Part shown: in pieces, positions 55,468-64,000 of the stretch
Layout of the letters: the number at the start of each line of letters is the position of its first letter
Position numbering within the stretch: position 1 is the stretch's first letter
Origin: Bacteroidia bacterium
GTDB lineage: Bacteria; Bacteroidota; Bacteroidia; NS11-12g; UBA9320
Direction: 5' to 3'
NCBI GenBank assembly: GCA_965216465.1
Contig: CBDCFW010000006.1
Span: 576,001-640,000, forward strand
Length of the DNA: 64,000 nt
The notes under the pieces: model-generated
The model's database searches: none
The model's input: only the letters and a program-made list of their open reading frames with translations
Told to the model about the DNA's origin: nothing
Translations under genes and position numbers: made by a program

Positions 55468-57582
55468 ATGAAAAGATTATTGTTTGGCCTTGCCTTGGCC
55501 TTATTTTCGCTTGCATCCTTTGCACAGGTTGGAATTTCTGAATCGACAATCACTCCAGATGCCAGCTCTATATTGGAGTTGAACACCAATTCAAAAGGTA
55601 TTCTAATACCACGTATGACGGCCAGTCAGAAGTTAAGCATAAGCTCTCCAGCTCAGGGTTTAATGATTTACCAAACTGACGTAGACACCGGATTTTGGTA
55701 TTATAAAGGCAGTCAATGGGTAGCTCTTCTGAGCGACTTCGACGACGATTGGGTAAAGACCTCTTCAACCGTATATAATGCCAATGATTCTGTGGCGATT
55801 GGACGAACTACGCCCTATACAGATTTCCATATTGCATCAGCTAAAAATGTTCTATATGGAGATTCATTGTCGGGTTCAGGATTTAAACAGATTTACTATG
55901 CACAAAAAGGAGCTTTTCGCGTGGGCTATTTAAACAATCCTTTCGGCGGATATAACTATGATCGATTTTGGGACTACGACTCTGTTGGCTATTATTCGTT
56001 CGCTGCTGGACAGAATTCCCGTGCAAAAGGCTTCGGTGCTTTCGCATTTGGTTCGTTTGGATGGGCAGATGGAAGCGGATCTGTTGCCTTTTTTGGAAAC
56101 GCAAAAGGAAACAATAGCTTTACGTTTGGAGGCTCTTCAAAAGGAAGAGGTTCAATAACCTTTGAGGGTGTTGCGGATGAAGAAGGAGGTATAGCCATGT
56201 ACGGTTATACCGGAGGACGTTATGGTGTTTCAATTGGTGGAGGATCAACCGGTTTAGGAGCATCTTCTTCTCGTGAAGATTATGCTATAGCAATTGGTTG
56301 GAATTCTGACGCACGTGGACAAGCTTCCATTGCTCTTGGACCAAGTGACGCCTACGGATACAACTCATTTTCAACAGGTTGGGTTACAGAAGCACGTGGA
56401 AACTACTCCTCAACTTTTGGCTATCAAACCAATTCATACCCCTATGCATCAATGGCCCTAGGACGATTTAATGTTGTAACAGGTGATAGTGCTGCATGGG
56501 TTTCAACAGATCCTATATTCATGGTTGGTGATGGAACGAATAACTCTAGCCGATCCAATTCATTTACAATTCTGAAAAATGGACAGACTGCTGTTGGATA
56601 CAATACCCCTACAGGAATGTTAAACGTAAGTACGGCATTAGGAAGCGTTAGCACCCCAGTAGATGCTACAAATGCTGCTATTCTAATTGGAACTTCCTCA
56701 ACCGGAATGGCATTCGACGCCAATCAGATTGAGACGATTGGCGATGAACTTCATCTCAACTACGGCTCTACCCAAGATATAAGAATGGTTGAAGGAGGTG
56801 GAGATGTAGGAATTGGGGGTGTTCCTACCACAAAGTTGGATGTTATAGGAACAGGCTGGCAATTTAGGTTAAATAACACAGGTACAGGAGGCGGAGATTT
56901 CTATGTTGGTTCTAGCCAAACTTCATGGGCTTCCGGTGGAGGGCGGTTTTTAATCAGTTCAACTTCGACATCAAGTAATGCTGAATTTGTTATTGATGGA
57001 GCAGATGGACAAATAGGAATGGGAACTATGAGTCCTTCAGATAAACTGCATATCAACTCAGGTTCAGGTGAGCCTGCTTTACGCGTGCAGGTTAACAGCA
57101 CAACTCGGTTTCGCGTACACACAAATGGCGGGGTAAGCATTGGAGCAAACGTAACGCCTCCTGCTGAAGGAATGTATGTAGATGGTGAAAGCGAGTTTAA
57201 TGGAGACATCTTGCCAGATGATAATAACACTTACAGCATTGGCGATGGTACATTTCGTTGGACCACGGTTTATGCTACCAATGGTGTAATCAACACCAGC
57301 GATAAACGAGATAAAGAGCAAATTAAAGACTTAGGCTATGGGCTTGAAGAAGTACTTCAGTTCAGACCCGTAAGCTTTACTTGGAAAGGTGGATCACAGC
57401 AAAACAATAAAATAGGATTACTTGCTCAAGATCTTCAGCAAGTTGTTCCAGAAGTGGTGCAAGACGGAGAACGACTTGGAGTATACTATAGCGATCTAAT
57501 TCCTGTTCTTATAAATGCAATTCAAGAACAGCAAGCGATTATTGATGATTTAGAAAAAAGAATCGAGAAGTTGGAGGATTAG
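55468..57582 (+). CDS. Tail-fibre-like trimeric protein with C-terminal intramolecular chaperone (peptidase S74)
   Basis: Signal, QVGI...P.ASSILEL...KGILIPRMT; Gly-rich YadA-head-like repeats; GIG..P..KL repeats; SDKRDKEQI..L.YGL, GLLAQDLQ..VPEVV, YSDLIPVLINAIQEQQ coiled coil. Confidence 0.85.
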   Translation: MKRLLFGLALALFSLASFAQVGISESTITPDASSILELNTNSKGILIPRMTASQKLSISSPAQGLMIYQTDVDTGFWYYKGSQWVALLSDFDDDWVKTSSTVYNANDSVAIGRTTPYTDFHIASAKNVLYGDSLSGSGFKQIYYAQKGAFRVGYLNNPFGGYNYDRFWDYDSVGYYSFAAGQNSRAKGFGAFAFGSFGWADGSGSVAFFGNAKGNNSFTFGGSSKGRGSITFEGVADEEGGIAMYGYTGGRYGVSIGGGSTGLGASSSREDYAIAIGWNSDARGQASIALGPSDAYGYNSFSTGWVTEARGNYSSTFGYQTNSYPYASMALGRFNVVTGDSAAWVSTDPIFMVGDGTNNSSRSNSFTILKNGQTAVGYNTPTGMLNVSTALGSVSTPVDATNAAILIGTSSTGMAFDANQIETIGDELHLNYGSTQDIRMVEGGGDVGIGGVPTTKLDVIGTGWQFRLNNTGTGGGDFYVGSSQTSWASGGGRFLISSTSTSSNAEFVIDGADGQIGMGTMSPSDKLHINSGSGEPALRVQVNSTTRFRVHTNGGVSIGANVTPPAEGMYVDGESEFNGDILPDDNNTYSIGDGTFRWTTVYATNGVINTSDKRDKEQIKDLGYGLEEVLQFRPVSFTWKGGSQQNNKIGLLAQDLQQVVPEVVQDGERLGVYYSDLIPVLINAIQEQQAIIDDLEKRIEKLED

Positions 57583-57594
57583 AATGGATGCTAT

Positions 57595-59643
57595 TTAATT
57601 CACGGTAATTAATTTCCTACCTGTTCCTTTTTCAGAAACTAATCGAATGTAATAGTTTCCTGAAACGTGTAAATTGAAATCCGTTTTATTGATCTGCTTG
57701 AGGATTAGCTTTCCTCGCATATCATAAATCTCTATTGAAAAGTTAATGGCATCTACTTCAACCTCAAAATTGCCAGAACTCGGATTTGGATAAACATTGA
57801 AATTAATCTTAGGCCCCGTCATTTGAGGAACTTGTGCAAAATCAACCAAAAAACTGTCACTTTTCTCACTTTCACAGCCATGTTCACTAAGAAGTTGAAC
57901 TTGGTAATATCCATTTCTTAAAGGATCTAGAGCTTTTCCTGTTGTATCCAAATACAAAGTATCACTGATAAACCAGCGGTACTTGTGAGATTCAACTGTG
58001 CTGGCAACATTTCCCGAGTTTTTACTGATACTTGGCTTAACTGGTCGCACATCTTCATAAATTGTTATGGTGTCCCAAGCTTGGCAGAATGTTTTGTTCG
58101 TAAGTTTGATGCTATAAACTCCTGCTGTATCGGCTACTAAGCTATCAACATGAAAATGGTCGTAATCAATTATTTTACCTCTTATTGAGTCTAAGTTTGG
58201 TTCTTCACCATCCCAGTGCACACAATGCATATCTTTTGGTGACCTCAGCACAACTCTAAATGAATCCCCTTTACAATAGAATGTGTCTCTGCCCAAAACA
58301 TCTTGCCTAAACCTTTGGCGAATAGTTAAGACTTTGGTTACCGTATCTGATCTACTTCCATTTTTTGCGATGTGGCTAACAGTCCATCTCCCTGTATCTG
58401 GGAAAACATAATTGCAGTGTTTTGTTAGGACACTGTCCTTTACGCTTCCTTTTTGAAAGTACCATTTCCAACTGTTCGCATTTATAGTATCTCTACCTTC
58501 AAATTGATAGTTGTGGTTCCAGCAATCCTCAGTGTATGCAAAATCAATGCTTGGGGTATAGAAATAACTTTGGTTGAAATTAGGTAACCCATTTTGTACC
58601 ACTCCGTGATTTAAAGTAATTGCATTGGAATCATAACCGCAATTAATTCCTTCACGATTTGGGTAAGTTATTACGTCAAGATGATTTGTTCTCCATTTAG
58701 AAACATAAATCTTGCCATCAGGGCCTAATTGTATTGGACCAATGCTATCGTTCCAATCCATGTTCAATGCAGTTCTAGATGATAAAATAGATCCAACACT
58801 AATCTGGTTTAAATCATATTGAAAAACTCTATTTTGTGAAATATACAGCTTACTCCCATCAGGCGAGAATTCAGCAGACCAAGGAGCTCCAAATTTATTA
58901 CTAAACCAGTGTTCCAATTGTCCAATTTCATTGTCAAATCGAAATAATTGAAATTTTCCAGCAGTTGACATCTGGCTGCACAGGTATTCACCTGCCGGAC
59001 TAAATTTTAAAGTAGAACCTACCGTATAAATTACAGAATTGGAATGATATGAATCACCAGCTTCTATAATCCTAGGGCAACAAAGCATTCCTTGTTTCTT
59101 TACGAGGAAAACGTAAAAAGAATCTGTAATAGAGTGATGGGATGCGATCCAAACATCTCTGTTATTTCTATGACTTGAAGCATTGAGCTGTTCAGTGGCC
59201 AGATTTAGAACTATTTTATTCTCGGTTCTAAACGAGTCCAAGTCTATAAAATGGTTGTAGTAAAGCGATATGGCCTGACTCCCCAGCACGTCATCTGTTG
59301 ACAGAAAATGGTACATTGAATCATCTATATGTTTCAATAACAACGAACCTTGTGCCGAGGATGAATGCCCTTTAACCGTGACAACATTCCCGCTAAGGTC
59401 AAACAACTGCTCTGGGTTACTATAAAACAAAAGATTACCGTCCAGATCTGAGATGGACGAAGAAGCTTCGGGTGCTAAAAAATCTAAGGTGTCTGTGATT
59501 ACAGAATCACCTTTAAAAGTTAGTAAAACACCTTCCCCTAAAACCCAATTTGACGCTGTATTGCAATTTGGATTTGTTCCTGGGCATTGAGCTTGGCTGA
59601 ACAAGCTCATTGTGATGAACACTAGACTGAAAATAGCCTTCAT
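57595..59643 (-). CDS. T9SS-secreted protein with beta-propeller and PKD-like domains
   Basis: Signal from ATG 59643; SSAQG, KFSPAG, EFSPDGSKLY, IQLGPDGKIY, GLPNF; VYPNPSSG CTD. Confidence 0.82.
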   Translation of the reverse strand: MKAIFSLVFITMSLFSQAQCPGTNPNCNTASNWVLGEGVLLTFKGDSVITDTLDFLAPEASSSISDLDGNLLFYSNPEQLFDLSGNVVTVKGHSSSAQGSLLLKHIDDSMYHFLSTDDVLGSQAISLYYNHFIDLDSFRTENKIVLNLATEQLNASSHRNNRDVWIASHHSITDSFYVFLVKKQGMLCCPRIIEAGDSYHSNSVIYTVGSTLKFSPAGEYLCSQMSTAGKFQLFRFDNEIGQLEHWFSNKFGAPWSAEFSPDGSKLYISQNRVFQYDLNQISVGSILSSRTALNMDWNDSIGPIQLGPDGKIYVSKWRTNHLDVITYPNREGINCGYDSNAITLNHGVVQNGLPNFNQSYFYTPSIDFAYTEDCWNHNYQFEGRDTINANSWKWYFQKGSVKDSVLTKHCNYVFPDTGRWTVSHIAKNGSRSDTVTKVLTIRQRFRQDVLGRDTFYCKGDSFRVVLRSPKDMHCVHWDGEEPNLDSIRGKIIDYDHFHVDSLVADTAGVYSIKLTNKTFCQAWDTITIYEDVRPVKPSISKNSGNVASTVESHKYRWFISDTLYLDTTGKALDPLRNGYYQVQLLSEHGCESEKSDSFLVDFAQVPQMTGPKINFNVYPNPSSGNFEVEVDAINFSIEIYDMRGKLILKQINKTDFNLHVSGNYYIRLVSEKGTGRKLITVN

Positions 59644-59876
59644 ATGTTTACATAATTGGAACACGTATTTTTAAGACCACTGTTAACCAATTGTTGTTGC
59701 TTAGTGGACAAGCTGGTGGTCGACAATAATAGCAGTTTTTAAATGATAAGAATGCTACAAAATCAGGACATTTATGTATAGAGTACCGAAAGTTTAGCAG
59801 AGCATAGTGAGGAGTTGAAGGGTTCGGTTAGAGAGAATCAATCTGAAAGGTTCCCTTATCTTGTGTTTCGAATACT

Positions 59877-59912
59877 AAAAGCCCCTGCAGGTTTATCTGC
59901 AGGGGCTTATTT
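59877..59912 (-). terminator. Intrinsic terminator downstream of the YceI gene (possibly bidirectional)
   Basis: AAGCCCCTGCAG-GTTTAT-CTGCAGGGGCTT perfect 12-bp stem with A/T tails on both sides. Confidence 0.8.
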
Positions 59913-59980
59913 ATTGGCCAACCAGCCAGGGTGTAATCGAGACAAGACAAAGACCATTTATTGCTAAAAAAGCACCTCTC

Positions 59981-60520
59981 TTACTTCTTCTTAGTATTCA
60001 ACACAAGATTCACGGTCACGTTATCCCCTAAAGTCCAGCTTGAAGAACCAACATTATAGTCAAGACGATTCAACTTGAATTTGCCTTTGAACTTTCCGGT
60101 AGAACCCGATGAAGTGAATGTAAATGGGATGTTAACCGTCTTTGTCACATCCTTCATAGTCAGTTGAAATTTACCGTTATAACTGTTTGCACCTGTCTTG
60201 GTAAATGACACCGACTTCATAGAAATTCTTGGGTACTTCTCTACATCAAAATAGTCTTTAGACCTCAAATGCCTGTCTCGCATGGCAATTCCGGTTTTAA
60301 TTGTATTCGCTGCAACTGAAGCAGAAATACTCGCCTTTGCCAGATTCGCTGGATCAAAGGTTGCTGATGCTCTAACACCGCTCAGCGAACCGTCAACATC
60401 AACCCCCGCATTTGTGATAGTAAAGCCGACTGTTGCCGTTGTTGGTGCCCAGTCTTGCGCTGCCACCCATGTTAAACTTAATAAGCCAATAACCAATCCT
60501 GTAAATAATAATTTCCTCAT
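59981..60520 (-). CDS. YceI family lipid/polyisoprenoid-binding protein
   Basis: Signal peptide; IKTGIAMRDRHLRSKDYFDVEKYP, LNRLDYNVG. Confidence 0.92.
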   Translation of the reverse strand: MRKLLFTGLVIGLLSLTWVAAQDWAPTTATVGFTITNAGVDVDGSLSGVRASATFDPANLAKASISASVAANTIKTGIAMRDRHLRSKDYFDVEKYPRISMKSVSFTKTGANSYNGKFQLTMKDVTKTVNIPFTFTSSGSTGKFKGKFKLNRLDYNVGSSSWTLGDNVTVNLVLNTKKK

Positions 60521-60533
60521 TCTAAAAATTTCC

Positions 60534-61268
60534 TCATTTTTTAAATGGTTTGTAACTAACTGCGACCATGCCCATCAACGATTTGTATCTAAAGCGGTCA
60601 TTATCAAAATTGAAAGCAATCTCTTGATTTGTAGTGTATTCTGTAAACTCAAACGTAAAACCTAACCTGAAGCCTAATTGATCGTTCATATTATACTTTG
60701 CATAAAGTTCGCTGTTCAGCATTCCGATGTCATTGTCGCTGATAAGCAAAACATTTGGCGAAGTTGGTGATGCTTTGATCTCCATGTCTTCAAAACCAGC
60801 TGGAGCATCTGAAGAAATGATGTTTCCACTAATCTCCGGCCCAAAGCTTATGCCAACCGCGTCAATATTAAAACCAACGCCCCAAGTCTCATTGAATTCG
60901 TATTCCAAATAGATGGCTGCATTGATCGAGTGATGCGATGCATTTCCTACCCTGAAGGTATCAATATTTTCGGGGAAAGTTTCTGAAAAGAAGACCCCAG
61001 GGCCGGTCATTTTAGAAGTCAATTCTGCAGGTGCTGTAGTGTAATCTTTATCCGTACCCCCGTAAAGATTGTATCTAACTCCATAACCTAGCTTGAATTT
61101 CTTATTCTTGAATACGCCATGCGTTTGATTCCAAGATAAGGCAACATTGTACTCTTGGGACCCTGCCGACAAGGCAAGTCCAAAATTGTGGTTTTCATTG
61201 AATGGAACTTGGGCTTTTGCTGCAAAGCCTAGTGCTCCAATTGCGATGAGTGTAAGTATATATTTCAT
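60534..61268 (-). CDS. Exported protein, probable outer-membrane beta-barrel
   Basis: Signal from ATG 61268 (MKYILTLIAIGALGFAAKA-Q); amphipathic strands; C-terminal SYKPF. Confidence 0.65.
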   Translation of the reverse strand: MKYILTLIAIGALGFAAKAQVPFNENHNFGLALSAGSQEYNVALSWNQTHGVFKNKKFKLGYGVRYNLYGGTDKDYTTAPAELTSKMTGPGVFFSETFPENIDTFRVGNASHHSINAAIYLEYEFNETWGVGFNIDAVGISFGPEISGNIISSDAPAGFEDMEIKASPTSPNVLLISDNDIGMLNSELYAKYNMNDQLGFRLGFTFEFTEYTTNQEIAFNFDNDRFRYKSLMGMVAVSYKPFKK

Positions 61269-61272
61269 ATTG

Positions 61273-62340
61273 TTAAAATGCTTCTCCATAAACAATGTAC
61301 AAGCCTTGGCTGTCCATTGTTCTTCCATAGTCAATTCTTATGTTTGCTTGTGAGGCTTCGTCTATCTTAAAGCGAAGACCTGCCCCGTAGTTGTAGTGAA
61401 ATCTATCTGTTCCAAAGTCATTTAGACTTGAATACACCTGGCCAACGCCAGAAAAACAGGCCAGTGAAACACGCCAGAATATGGGTTTTCTTACTTCAAG
61501 TTGTCCCAGTAGTAAATTCTTATCTCTAAATCGTCCGTAATAATATCCCCTCAGAAAGCGAGGTCCACCAATTACCGGCATCATCCGAAAAGGGATGTCG
61601 CCAAAGGTCTCTACACCTACCACGTTGGTGTTTATCACCCAATCCTCTCCCAGTGTTTTATAGTATCGCAAATCTTGAACCAATTGAAGATAATTACGGT
61701 TGTCCGTATGAGAAAAATAGGGAGTTAACCCCAACTCAATGTACTTGCCATTTTGCGGATTGAGTAAATAATCGCGCTGATCGATCAAGGCTTCAATGCC
61801 TATACCACTAAAACTGTAATCCATTAACGCTCCATGAGTAAGCCCAGAATTTGGTTTATGCACATTGTGGATGGTTTGGTGATGTAGTTGAACACCTAGG
61901 TAGTGGCTATCCTTAAGCATTTTAAACACTTTGAGATTAGCATTGTAAAGATTCAAGTCAATGGCACATGCGTCATCAAGCACACTTTCATTTCCAATGC
62001 CGTAAAAGATTTCTGGGAAACGAGAAATGTCATGCGACCATTTGATGTATAATTTATTGCTCTTTGTAAACCAATTCAAATCGCTCTGAAATTGAAATTG
62101 TCTGTTTAACGTGACATCAAGAAAAACCTGAGCATTCGAGCTATTGGTCAAAGAATCAGGAGCACGTCTATATAAGAGTCCTATCAGTCCTACCCCGATG
62201 TTCGTTTCAGGTGTAAAGAACCCGCTTGGCAACACTTGAAACCGATAAGCCTTTTGATCTGGTTCTTGTGCAAAGCTTGGATTGATTGCAAGTACCAAGC
62301 ATAGCATAAGCACGAAATGAAGGCCAAATCGGGTAAACAT
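61273..62340 (-). CDS. Omp85 (BamA/TamA-like) barrel-only outer membrane protein
   Basis: FTPET, FYGIGN, LRGYYYGRFRD, YGAGLRF, NIRIDYG, C-terminal GEAF. Confidence 0.85.
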   Translation of the reverse strand: MFTRFGLHFVLMLCLVLAINPSFAQEPDQKAYRFQVLPSGFFTPETNIGVGLIGLLYRRAPDSLTNSSNAQVFLDVTLNRQFQFQSDLNWFTKSNKLYIKWSHDISRFPEIFYGIGNESVLDDACAIDLNLYNANLKVFKMLKDSHYLGVQLHHQTIHNVHKPNSGLTHGALMDYSFSGIGIEALIDQRDYLLNPQNGKYIELGLTPYFSHTDNRNYLQLVQDLRYYKTLGEDWVINTNVVGVETFGDIPFRMMPVIGGPRFLRGYYYGRFRDKNLLLGQLEVRKPIFWRVSLACFSGVGQVYSSLNDFGTDRFHYNYGAGLRFKIDEASQANIRIDYGRTMDSQGLYIVYGEAF

Positions 62341-62375
62341 ACTTTTGGAAACGAACTGAGTATATGGTCCTTACA

Positions 62376-63458
62376 TTAATAATCGTTTCCTTGCATTTTT
62401 CTGACAATTCGCTGCTTCAAGCCAGGCAATCGATTTAAGGTTCGAAGTACCATGTGGTGCGATGAAGGGTTCAACATTACAGCATTAAGCATACGTGCTC
62501 CGGCAATACGAGAGCCAAAAGCAGAACGCCAATTGGTAGAGTAATGCTTTCTTACAGCATTAGGTTGTTGCAATATGGCTTCTGCCAAGATCTTAGATCC
62601 GTGCAGTGCCATGCTCATACCATTACCAGATAGCGGACTTATAGCTCCTGCTGCGTCTCCGACAAAAAGGAAATTATGATCAAAAAGGGCTTTTCTGCTA
62701 AACTGTATGTTACTAATAGTCAACGGCTTGTTGAAAATAAATTCTGCTCCTTTCCAAATTTTCTTAAGCTGATTATTCTTCCAAAGTACAGCTTCTTCAA
62801 CAGCTGCAATCCCTCCTTCCGCCCTGATCAAACTAGAATCTATCAGGTAGCACAAACAAGAAACATCTTCTTCAATTTTGCTCATACCACAATATCCACC
62901 TTGAAAAGAATGCAAGGCTATTTCATCACTGGGATGATCATATTTGATGTGATACTTGACCCCGACAAAATTTCGTGTTTTTTTCGGGACACCACCGGCA
63001 TAGCTTGGCGGATACTTGCCGTAACTAGCCACAACCAAGTCACAATTATATTGTTGACCGTTGATGTGCATTGAATTGACACTGGCGTCTTCCACTTTGC
63101 TTTGATCTAGGTAAGTGATGTCTTCTTGCTTGACCAAATCACAGAGAAGATCATCTAACATGAATCTACTGATTCCAATCCCGCCGACATCTAAATTAGC
63201 CCGGGTTTCAGCCCCTTTTTCGGAACTTAGAACAAGTTTATTAATCTGAGGCAGGTTCATTTGCGAAAGCGGAATACCCAGCCGCTCAAGAAATCCAAGA
63301 GATTCCATACTTAGAAACTCACCACAAACCTTATGTCTGGGATACGTTCCTTGTTCCGCAAGCAAGACTTTCTTTCCTGCTCGAGAAAGCTGTAAAGCAA
63401 GACTCATACCCGCTAAACCTGCACCAATTATGCCTACATCATAGCGTTCCATTGACAA
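62376..63458 (-). CDS. FAD-dependent oxidoreductase (geranylgeranyl reductase / monooxygenase-like)
   Basis: IIGAGLAG, RHKVCGEFLS, GISRF.LD, VGDAAGAISPLSGNGMSMAL. Confidence 0.88.
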   Translation of the reverse strand: MSMERYDVGIIGAGLAGMSLALQLSRAGKKVLLAEQGTYPRHKVCGEFLSMESLGFLERLGIPLSQMNLPQINKLVLSSEKGAETRANLDVGGIGISRFMLDDLLCDLVKQEDITYLDQSKVEDASVNSMHINGQQYNCDLVVASYGKYPPSYAGGVPKKTRNFVGVKYHIKYDHPSDEIALHSFQGGYCGMSKIEEDVSCLCYLIDSSLIRAEGGIAAVEEAVLWKNNQLKKIWKGAEFIFNKPLTISNIQFSRKALFDHNFLFVGDAAGAISPLSGNGMSMALHGSKILAEAILQQPNAVRKHYSTNWRSAFGSRIAGARMLNAVMLNPSSHHMVLRTLNRLPGLKQRIVRKMQGNDY

Positions 63459-63999
63459 TGATTCGATGTCTAAAAGCCCATTTATTCTCGATGGTATAAT
63501 TCTCGATACCTGCTTGCTTCATCATACTTTGCCATTCCTTCTTTTTAAATCCTCGACGGACCGACAAGGGTGCATCATTCTTAACCAAATACGACTTTGA
63601 GAACAGGCTGCTTAGAATTTTGATTCCATAATACGCCAATCGATTCCTTTCCAAATCGTTGATTATCAACAATTTTCCTTTAGCATTTACCTCTTGAAGA
63701 AAAGCAACAATATCCTCCTCTTCGAAATGATGAAAAAAGAGGCAAGCATGTATCACATTCACTTGGGGCAATTCAAGAACCACTTTGAAGTCATCCTGAA
63801 TCAAAGTCACCTGATCATTCGCACAGACCTCATTGGCATAGGCCACACATTCTGTTTTGATATCTATTCCAACCAATTTTGCTTCTGGCAATGCCTTCCT
63901 AAATTCGGAGAGGAAGTGACCTCCTCCACAACCAATGTCAGCAAGACCAGTGATCTTTTGTTCAATTTTGGGTAGTGCTTTTATAGATAATGCATAACC
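63439..63999 (-). CDS. SAM-dependent methyltransferase (5' end beyond window end)
   Basis: Frame is open to the window edge: GYALSIKALPKIEQKITGLADIGCGGG, then LVGIDI, CLFFHHF, INDLER, NDAPLSVRRGF, WAFR. Confidence 0.85.
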   Translation of the reverse strand, partial: GYALSIKALPKIEQKITGLADIGCGGGHFLSEFRKALPEAKLVGIDIKTECVAYANEVCANDQVTLIQDDFKVVLELPQVNVIHACLFFHHFEEEDIVAFLQEVNAKGKLLIINDLERNRLAYYGIKILSSLFSKSYLVKNDAPLSVRRGFKKKEWQSMMKQAGIENYTIENKWAFRHRIIVNGTL

Positions 64000-64000
64000 T

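Noticed and set aside
55468-57582. Prophage
   Set aside because: Only one fibre-like gene, with a signal peptide; no integrase, capsid, terminase or att sites.
59665-59876. Long intergenic region as a riboswitch or ncRNA
   Set aside because: No recognisable riboswitch or sRNA signature on either strand by eye; a covariance-model search would be needed.
1-64000. CRISPR arrays, tRNA/rRNA genes, IS elements
   Set aside because: None seen; intergenic spaces are short and lack spaced direct repeats, cloverleaf motifs or transposase ORFs.

Overview
AT-rich chromosomal segment from a Bacteroidota bacterium, judged from TAnnTTTG promoters, T9SS C-terminal sorting domains, fused ccoNO and a GldI-like FKBP. 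(1) 1-16.5 kb is housekeeping: partial DUF2723, rimP-nusA-infB with a leader attenuator, fabH, ABC exporter, FKBP, DHH, ndk, prc. (2) 16.7-24.5 kb is an uncharacterised six-gene operon: coiled-coil protein, hypothetical, classical-clade AAA ATPase with a non-canonical Walker B, DUF6638-like protein and two membrane proteins. Two adjacent genes each carry a single-base homopolymer frameshift. This is the best candidate for an undescribed system. (3) 24.5-38.5 kb (minus strand) is a microaerobic island: full cbb3 oxidase cluster including ccoQ and ccoS missed by the ORF track, two USPs, small putative metal proteins, a FixL-like kinase and a REC-Crp fusion regulator. Three of its promoters share a strikingly identical architecture of FNR/CRP-like boxes at 22-bp spacing. 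(4) 38.7-64 kb is accessory envelope and secreted proteins: cytochrome c lipoprotein, a 3000-aa four-module beta-helix T9SS protein, a membrane LytTR regulator with direct repeats, an S74 tail-fibre-like protein, YceI, Omp85, FAD oxidoreductase and a partial methyltransferase. No rRNA, tRNA, CRISPR array, transposase or integrase was recognised. Family assignments come from motif recognition by eye; no database searches were run.
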